The notes below the pieces were generated by a model, which was not told where the DNA came from, made no database searches, and worked only from the letters and a program-made list of their open reading frames with translations. A DNA stretch of 64,000 bases from Acutalibacteraceae bacterium (lineage in GTDB: Bacteria; Bacillota; Clostridia; Oscillospirales; Acutalibacteraceae): positions 39,027-103,026 of the forward strand of contig JAZSHL010000047.1 in NCBI GenBank assembly GCA_045533205.1. The letters are read 5' to 3'. Shown here piece after piece: positions 1 through 4,786 of this stretch (positions are counted from its first letter, which is position 1; every line of letters begins with the position of its first letter). Both the position numbers and the translations under genes were made by a program.

Positions 1-540
1 TAAATCATTTATCTTTTCATGACATTTGTGATTATCTTGATACCGAATACCCTTCAAAACATGAATATCAATATTCCCATAATGCCAACACTGGCGAATA
101 GTTTCATAAGGGATATACTCATCATTAAAAACAACAAGATGACAGTGCAGACAACCTTCATTTCCTTCACGCTCTCCCCTTTCCTTCTGTCGTTCAAGAA
201 CATATAGATACTTGAGCTTGTAACCCTTACGTATCATAGCTTTACGAAAAGCAAGAAAGTTATATGAAAACGTTTCATAATCTAAAACAGTCTTTTCATA
301 GGTCAGAGTAAGAAACTTTGTATATTTGCCGATATTTGCCCATATAATCTGCCTGACGGTACGTTGAGCGCGAAGCAAATTGGCAGAACGTTTATCATTA
401 AGCTGCTCATGCCGTTCTATACTGTACCCCCTGCTATAACCGCACCGTATCGGATTAATATACTTGTAATGCTCTACCCTGTTGCCGGATATAAAAGCCT
501 TACTTTTAATATAGGTGTCTACTACACCTAAACCCCTAAC
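1..540 (-). CDS. Rolling-circle replication initiator (HUH endonuclease superfamily), N-terminal ~180 codons. The 3' end lies outside the window and there is no in-frame start codon.
   Basis: Own translation of the minus strand: ...YINPIRCGYSRGYSIERHEQLNDKRSANLLRAQRTVRQIIWANIGKYTKFLTLTYEKTVLDYETFSYNFLAFRKAMIRKGYKLKYLYVLERQKERGEREGNEGCLHCHLVVFNDEYIPYETIRQCWHYGNIDIHVLKGIRYQDNHKCHEKINDL. Motif I is FLTLTY and motif II is HCHLVVF. The frame is open to position 1, and the ORF track omits it because it is open-ended. Confidence 0.7.
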
Positions 541-624
541 ATAATATCACCCTCTTTAAGTTTTGCAACACAATTAGCATTTTGTGTTGTTTTGTCCAAG
601 TTGTGAGTCTATAGTCAAGTTTAA

Positions 625-660
625 TACGCGCGTACGCGCGTGCGCACGCGTGCGTGCGCG
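625..660. repeat. 36-nt perfect alternating pyrimidine-purine tract (TA CG CG CG TA CG CG CG TG CG CA CG CG TG CG TG CG CG) with nested palindromes. Candidate Z-DNA, hairpin or origin element.
   Basis: Read directly: 18 consecutive YR dinucleotides, 28 of 36 G+C. Perfect palindromes CGCGCGTACGCGCG (627-640) and CGCACGCGTGCG (643-654). Lies in the non-coding gap between the Zot-like gene and Rep. Confidence 0.9.
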
Positions 661-797
661 AGGAAACCTCAAAATAGTGCCATAAAAGCCACATCGAGCA
701 TGGAAAGCTATACTCACGATTAAGCAAATATAGCCGATTTTAACCCTATAACCGCCCCAGAGAAAGAAAGCTGCAATGAAGTATAGGGAAGGCAGAA

Positions 798-828
798 AGG
801 GCAAATAAGGAAGCACAGAGGGCAAATA
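798..828. repeat. Two direct copies of AGGGCAAATA spaced exactly 21 bp apart (iteron-like).
   Basis: AGGGCAAATA at 798-807 and 819-828. Both are preceded by CA-A-A/G (cagaAAGGGCAAATA and cacagAGGGCAAATA). Non-coding region next to the GC tract. Confidence 0.7.
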
Positions 829-867
829 CAGCAAACAGGACACAGACTGCAAAAATTTAAAATATGC

Positions 868-896
868 TTGACTTTTAATGCAATATGATATAAAAT
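868..896 (+). promoter_or_regulatory. Sigma-A-type promoter on the plus strand (TTGACT, 17 nt, TAAAAT) with no plus-strand ORF downstream.
   Basis: TTGACT at 868-873, 17-nt spacer, TAAAAT at 891-896. Confidence 0.4.
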
Positions 897-902
897 AAAA
901 GG

Positions 903-968
903 GAAGTGGAAACACTGACCTGAATAAGTGGTTGTGGCCGTGGAAAGTGGCAACCGCTTATTTTTTTT
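903..968 (+). ncRNA. Candidate ~65-nt small RNA, bounded by the promoter at 868-896 and the hairpin plus T8 run at 928-968.
   Basis: Promoter-like hexamers are followed about 30 nt later by the stem GTGGTTG/CAACCGC (928-934 and 951-957, one G-U pair), then TTATTTTTTTT. The unit converges on the stop codon of the Zot-like gene at 973. Confidence 0.3.
928..968 (+). terminator. Plus-strand intrinsic-terminator-like hairpin with a T8 run.
   Basis: 7-bp stem, 16-nt loop, followed by TTATTTTTTTT. On the minus strand the stem has a C-A mismatch and no T run follows. Confidence 0.4.
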
Positions 969-972
969 ATGC

Positions 973-1848
973 TTATTCTCTATGCCAGAATTCTTCATCT
1001 GTCATTACTTCATTATCGTCAAATTCGTCAAAATCCTCATAATAAGCATCTTCTGCTTCTATATCGTGTTCTTTCCTTATTTTGCCTAAAAAAACCTTAA
1101 TTTGGTCAATAACGTAAGAATTTTCAACGTAACCCTGTTTTTCTTGTAATTCTTCAAAATTTAAAATTTCATCCCACATAGGCATATCAATGATAGGTTT
1201 TTCATAAAATGTGTAGGTAGATATAAATTTGTTGTACCATTTCTTGCGCCAGAACAGGAAGTAACCGGAAGGAACTTCACAAATGTCATAAGATACTTTT
1301 TGCATGCCCTTTTTGAACATTCTTCCTTGTACTTCAGTATTCTTATCAGCAATCTTGGCAACTGTAGTTCGTGAACTTTCAATATGGGTAAAATGCCAGA
1401 AACCGGAAGTGAGATAGTATGTATAATCCGCAGCTCTTCTGATATTGAGGTCAAGGCAGTCATAAGCCTGAGTAGCGAGAAATACATGAGTATCATTTTT
1501 ACGAATGAAATTGAAGAATTCATCATCTGATGCAGTCCATTTAGCGTAACTACGTGCAGGCCATACAGTACGAGCTTCGTCAATAAGAACCACAGAATGA
1601 GAAAGATTAGCAGAATATAGCCAATCCTTATCGACATCAGACTTCTCTACACCGTTAATTGTTTTAGTTACTAACGGTATCTGCTTACAACCCTTGTAAG
1701 GATACTGACAATAGACTTCATAACCTTCATTGAGATAAGCATCAACAATAAAGGCGAACAATGTCGATTTACCAGCTCCCCTATCACCTGTAATTATGCC
1801 GCAGAAGCAATTTAAAACATGATTACGTAAACGTTTACCCATGACCAA
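973..1848 (-). CDS. Zot / pI-like phage assembly P-loop ATPase with no transmembrane segment.
   Basis: Walker A GDRGAGKST, Walker B VVLIDEA, and the Zot-like segment FFNFIRKNDTHVFLATQAYDCLDLNIRR. Acidic C-terminal tail. Start is either TTG at 1848 or ATG at 1842, after AAAGAAGG. Confidence 0.75.
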   Translation of the reverse strand: MVMGKRLRNHVLNCFCGIITGDRGAGKSTLFAFIVDAYLNEGYEVYCQYPYKGCKQIPLVTKTINGVEKSDVDKDWLYSANLSHSVVLIDEARTVWPARSYAKWTASDDEFFNFIRKNDTHVFLATQAYDCLDLNIRRAADYTYYLTSGFWHFTHIESSRTTVAKIADKNTEVQGRMFKKGMQKVSYDICEVPSGYFLFWRKKWYNKFISTYTFYEKPIIDMPMWDEILNFEELQEKQGYVENSYVIDQIKVFLGKIRKEHDIEAEDAYYEDFDEFDDNEVMTDEEFWHRE

Positions 1849-1981
1849 AAACCTTCTTTAACAAAATAATTGAGATAGATAAAGCCAAAAGACAACAAAC
1901 AGAATAAAGATAATAATCTAATGCAATCAATGAAGAAAGAATAGAAACGAATAAATCACATAACTTTGAAAAAATAACCAT
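1835..1981 (-). CDS. Hypothetical 48-aa hydrophobic protein overlapping the Zot-like start (below the ORF-track cutoff).
   Basis: Own translation: MVIFSKLCDLFVSILSSLIALDYYLYSVCCLLALSISIILLKKVFGHG. No clear SD, because the hairpin lies immediately upstream. Confidence 0.3.
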   Translation of the reverse strand: MVIFSKLCDLFVSILSSLIALDYYLYSVCCLLALSISIILLKKVFGHG

Positions 1982-1988
1982 AAAATTA

Positions 1989-2010
1989 AGGGGTAAGGAG
2001 ATTTACCCCT
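1989..2010 (-). terminator. Hairpin after the coat-like gene 2034..2255 (attenuator or terminator).
   Basis: Stem AGGGGTAA/TTACCCCT (8 bp), 6-nt loop. On the minus strand it is followed by TAATTTTAT. Confidence 0.4.
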
Positions 2011-2033
2011 AACCCCCTTCTGTAAAAATTATA

Positions 2034-2255
2034 TTATCTGCGTCTACGTCTGCGACCGCCTGCAGAACTTACGCCACGGATACCGAGCTTCTTAACAATA
2101 CCGATAGAAAGCATTACAAGACCGCCAAGGAGCGCGATGAGAACAGGAACGTAAAGCAGAGGGTTACCAGTGATAGTGGTAACGATTGAACCGAACATCG
2201 TAAAAAGAGTGTCAAGAACAATAGTCATAGAAGAAAAAACAGCTGTAGTGGTCAT
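2034..2255 (-). CDS. Coat-like small transmembrane protein with a hexa-arginine C-terminus.
   Basis: 73 aa. Hydrophobic core PLLYVPVLIALLGGLVMLSIGIV, then KKLGIRGVSSAGGRRRRRR. SD AAGGGGG upstream. Confidence 0.55.
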   Translation of the reverse strand: MTTTAVFSSMTIVLDTLFTMFGSIVTTITGNPLLYVPVLIALLGGLVMLSIGIVKKLGIRGVSSAGGRRRRRR

Positions 2256-2294
2256 AATTAACCCCCTTTCTTAAAATTTTAAATTAACTGCAAA

Positions 2295-2325
2295 GCATTG
2301 GCGCAGCTCACGCTGCGGCCCATGC
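2295..2325. other. GC-rich imperfect hairpin between the two coat-like genes.
   Basis: GCATTGGCGCAGC tcac GCTGCGGCCCATGC (13 bp with one mismatch and one bulge). A T-rich run follows on the plus strand (TTTTCTTATTTT), and only TTTG follows on the minus strand. Confidence 0.5.
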
Positions 2326-2330
2326 TTTTC

Positions 2331-2546
2331 TTATTTTCTGCCCTTAATACCAAACTTACGAATAAGTTTAATAGCAAGACCGACAGAACCTGCGACAATA
2401 GCAAGAATAACGGGCCAGAGAAGCAGGTTATTACTTGCAATGGTGTTAATGAGGTCCGTGAAGATACCCCAGAACCATGTAGCTGCAGAACCGATATCAG
2501 AAGCGAGACCGGAAAGATCAGCAAGAGCAACTGTACTACCTTCCAT
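2331..2546 (-). CDS. Major-coat-like small transmembrane protein.
   Basis: MEGSTVALADLSGLASDIGSAATWFWGIFTDLINTIASNNLLLWPVILAIVAGSVGLAIKLIRKFGIKGRK. It has an acidic or amphipathic N-terminus, one TM helix and a Lys/Arg-rich tail. SD AAGGAG lies 8 nt before the ATG at 2546. The ORF-track start at 2564 has no SD. Confidence 0.55.
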   Translation of the reverse strand: MEGSTVALADLSGLASDIGSAATWFWGIFTDLINTIASNNLLLWPVILAIVAGSVGLAIKLIRKFGIKGRK

Positions 2547-2573
2547 TGGCGATACTCCTTTCATAGAATTTTA

Positions 2574-2777
2574 TTATTCATCATCATATTCAGCATCGAC
2601 GTCAGCGCTAATACTTCGATCAGAAAAAGACGAGGAATTAACAATATTATGAATATCATAAAGATATAAATTTGACATATGTAACTGATCAGAAATATCA
2701 TGAAGAAGATCAGAAATTATTTGCAAATAAAAAAAGAAATCTTGAATTTTTTCTTTAATAAAAGACAAAATTATCAC
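2574..2777 (-). CDS. Hypothetical acidic 67-aa protein.
   Basis: ORF track. The GTG start abuts the stop of the upstream gene, and TTG at 2768 after AAGGTGA is an alternative. No TM segment. C-terminus DVDAEYDDE. Confidence 0.35.
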   Translation of the reverse strand: MIILSFIKEKIQDFFFYLQIISDLLHDISDQLHMSNLYLYDIHNIVNSSSFSDRSISADVDAEYDDE

Positions 2778-2778
2778 C

Positions 2779-3342
2779 TTAATCCAAATCTAATTTATCA
2801 TCCAACTGTTCAGAAGTATTATCATATGTTTCCGTGCTGGTATAAGACGTATTAGACAAATAAAACGAACCATCATCAGCCTGTTTATATTTCTTTGTAA
2901 CACGAGTCTTTTTAGAATTCCCCCAGTGTTTATTTTCAAAACCTTCTTGATAATAAGTAAATCCATTAACACGAATAGACATTCGATTAGGATTATTAGA
3001 AAAGAAAGTTTTTGCAATAGATAGACCTTGCTCATATCTTAAAGCTTCGTTATGTTCTTTTTCTCTCTTAAAGCTTTCACGTAATAAACGCTGTTCTTTT
3101 TTAAACTTTTTAAATCTGAAAATTTTATAAAATCTGATACCCTCAGAAGTAAGATCCTCAGGAGAATCAATTAAAACAGATACAAGAGATATGATAAAAA
3201 ACACTGAAGGCAATGTAACACTTATAAAAACAGCTAAAACAAGCAACGGCTGACTGTTTATATAAATAATCAGTCTACCAATTACTGTAAAAAAGTAATC
3301 ACTTATTGCACTAATATCAGAAAAAAGCGAGTCATAAGTCAT
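2779..3342 (-). CDS. Hypothetical membrane protein: N-terminal TM helices plus a charged C-terminal domain.
   Basis: 187 aa. ATGA overlap with the upstream ORF and SD AAGGGGG. Hydrophobic region at about residues 15-60, then a Lys/Arg/Glu-rich region. Confidence 0.55.
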   Translation of the reverse strand: MTYDSLFSDISAISDYFFTVIGRLIIYINSQPLLVLAVFISVTLPSVFFIISLVSVLIDSPEDLTSEGIRFYKIFRFKKFKKEQRLLRESFKREKEHNEALRYEQGLSIAKTFFSNNPNRMSIRVNGFTYYQEGFENKHWGNSKKTRVTKKYKQADDGSFYLSNTSYTSTETYDNTSEQLDDKLDLD

Positions 3343-3509
3343 AATTTACGCCCCCTTAAGATACTGACAATAATAAGGACAACAGAAACACCGAAAAGAA
3401 TCGAAAGAACAATCCAGACAGGCGAAAAACCAACAAATAAATTAAATAATTCATTAAGAAATTCACCTGCAAGGACTAATAGATTAGTAAAAAACTCAAG
3501 TGCATTCAT
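3339..3509 (-). CDS. Small transmembrane protein with a basic C-terminus (coat-like).
   Basis: MNALEFFTNLLVLAGEFLNELFNLFVGFSPVWIVLSILFGVSVVLIIVSILRGRKL. The ATG at 3509 follows the stop of the upstream gene at 3514. The track start, TTG at 3542, is the alternative. Confidence 0.45.
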   Translation of the reverse strand: MNALEFFTNLLVLAGEFLNELFNLFVGFSPVWIVLSILFGVSVVLIIVSILRGRKL

Positions 3510-3513
3510 ACCG

Positions 3514-3699
3514 TCAACCCCTGAACCAAGAAATAACGGCAAATACTACACCACCGATAAGAGGAATACCGACACAGGCAAGAAGAAACCAATTACCTTC
3601 AATCATGCTCCAAACAGTTTGAAAAATTGCAGAAAATGTAGTCATTAAAGAGCCTAACAATGTGCCCATACCTTCAGCAGTTTCAGCAGCTGTCATCAT
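3514..3699 (-). CDS. Small transmembrane protein (coat-like).
   Basis: 61 aa with SD AAGGGGGGTG. N-terminus MMTAAETAEGMGTLLG, then a hydrophobic helix. Confidence 0.5.
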   Translation of the reverse strand: MMTAAETAEGMGTLLGSLMTTFSAIFQTVWSMIEGNWFLLACVGIPLIGGVVFAVISWFRG

Positions 3700-3713
3700 A
3701 AATTACACCCCCC

Positions 3714-3857
3714 TTAACGAAAGAAATCAATAAATGAACAGACACATGTATAAATAACAAAGAGTCCGGCAAGAGCTAATATATAAACAAATATATATTC
3801 AAGAAAACCGTAGCCAACAAGAGGAACTCCTATAAGCTCACGTAAAATATCAATCAT
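3714..3857 (-). CDS. Hypothetical 47-aa transmembrane protein (below the ORF-track cutoff).
   Basis: Own translation: MIDILRELIGVPLVGYGFLEYIFVYILALAGLFVIYTCVCSFIDFFR. ATGA overlap with the stop of 3854..4417, and SD GAAGGGG. Confidence 0.45.
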   Translation of the reverse strand: MIDILRELIGVPLVGYGFLEYIFVYILALAGLFVIYTCVCSFIDFFR

Positions 3858-4417
3858 AAACGTCTACCCCTTCTGAACAAATTTACACATAAACTGAAGA
3901 ATGAACAAAAAGCAATAAGAGCTAACATAACATTCTGATACTTATCTGTTTCGAGAACAGTTGAATTATAATAATTGTAATTATCGGTTATAAATAACAT
4001 ATTACTGTTTGACAATGACATAACATCAGGATTCAAATACTCATAAGTGTTATACCCGGTATTGGAAGTCTGAACTTCGATCGGAGAAAATCGACTGCAT
4101 CTGCAGCTATATTGATTACCGTTTGAAGTAATGACAATCCCGTAGATAGTTGTATTTGAGAAGTTATAAATATCAACAGGCAAATCAGCAGCAGACAAAC
4201 TAAAACCAAAGATATTGTCTTTAAATTCAAGCGGAAAAATAACCGTACACCGCCCAACAGTGGAATCGAGAGCCTCAAACCATGCACCCCCTGAATAATT
4301 TACATAATCCGGTATATCACATGTAAACACAGTTTCTTCATCAGCTGCATAAACATTGATACATGAAAATATCAGAATTATAAAAACACAAATGAAAGAT
4401 AGTATTTTCTTTTTCAT
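3854..4417 (-). CDS. Secreted, C-terminally anchored protein (minor-coat or adsorption-protein-like).
   Basis: Signal peptide MKKKILSFICVFIILIFSCINVYA/ADEE. C-terminal helix MLALIAFCSFFSLCVNLF followed by RRGRRL. Confidence 0.6.
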   Translation of the reverse strand: MKKKILSFICVFIILIFSCINVYAADEETVFTCDIPDYVNYSGGAWFEALDSTVGRCTVIFPLEFKDNIFGFSLSAADLPVDIYNFSNTTIYGIVITSNGNQYSCRCSRFSPIEVQTSNTGYNTYEYLNPDVMSLSNSNMLFITDNYNYYNSTVLETDKYQNVMLALIAFCSFFSLCVNLFRRGRRL

Positions 4418-4424
4418 AAAATCA

Positions 4425-4562
4425 CTTCTTTCCTTTTAAAAACTTAAGAATAACAACAACGATTAAAGCAATGATGAACCATGCGAGAAAAGGAACACCA
4501 AAAACTTGGATATCAAACAGCATACGAAATGCTGATACAAAAATCTGAATAATTGATTCCAT
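4425..4562 (-). CDS. Hypothetical 45-aa transmembrane protein with a basic tail (below the ORF-track cutoff).
   Basis: Own translation: MESIIQIFVSAFRMLFDIQVFGVPFLAWFIIALIVVVILKFLKGKK. TAATG overlap with the upstream stop, and SD GGAAGGGAAGG. Confidence 0.45.
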
Positions 4563-4786
4563 TAATCTTGGCCTTCCCTTCCGAGTACTTTATATATAAC
4601 TGCAACTGCAACGAGAGCAACAGAACTGATTGAAAATGAAACAGGAAGCAAGAAAACAAGATCAAGCAAAAAACTAACACATTCGATAGCCATATCCACC
4701 AAAATAAGACACCATTCAGAAAGAGAATCGATAATATCAAAAATAGAAGTAAAAAAATCAGATATATACCAAAAAATAACAACCAT
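4562..4786 (-). CDS. Small two-helix membrane protein.
   Basis: 74 aa. TAATG overlap with the stop of 4786..5937, and SD AAAGGTGG. Confidence 0.5.
   Translation of the reverse strand: MVVIFWYISDFFTSIFDIIDSLSEWCLILVDMAIECVSFLLDLVFLLPVSFSISSVALVAVAVIYKVLGREGQD

Noticed and set aside
19-207. Plus-strand ORF 19..207, and many other ORFs antisense to strong genes (for example 9840..10550, 16363..16677, 25152..25385, 49987..50448, 59361..59729, 62273..62581).
   Set aside because: These are shadow ORFs on the strand opposite genes with clear motifs and synteny. None has its own SD or a recognisable motif.
533-542. G GGT TTA slippery-heptamer-like sequence at the Rep start, considered as a programmed -1 frameshift site.
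   Set aside because: The heptamer is in phase with the Rep frame, not with the ATG frame. A -1 slip there would leave the Rep frame rather than enter it. Going from the ATG frame into Rep would need a slip on A GGG G, which is not a canonical site. A 1-nt indel is the simpler explanation.
851-863. The 13-nt string AAAAATTTAAAAT is shared between 851-863 (phage intergenic region) and 7590-7602 (right junction). It was considered as an att core or direct repeat.
   Set aside because: It is made purely of A and T in AT-rich DNA, so a chance match of this length between two AT-rich non-coding stretches is plausible. One copy is internal to the element, not at a boundary.
536-998. Track ORFs 536..727, 574..915 and 720..998 on the minus strand, inside the phage intergenic region.
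   Set aside because: They overlap one another in different frames and have no SD. They run straight through the alternating GC tract and the direct repeats, and they translate to Cys/Leu/Phe-rich low-complexity strings. The region is better explained as non-coding origin or regulatory DNA.
1161-4287. Alternative-frame ORFs nested in phage genes: 1161..1637, 2279..2530, 2298..2669, 2440..2652, 2790..3035, 4033..4287 and 4513..4782.
   Set aside because: Each lies wholly inside a better-supported ORF that has an SD and is translationally coupled to its neighbours. Hydrophobic, AT-rich genes readily produce such out-of-frame ORFs.
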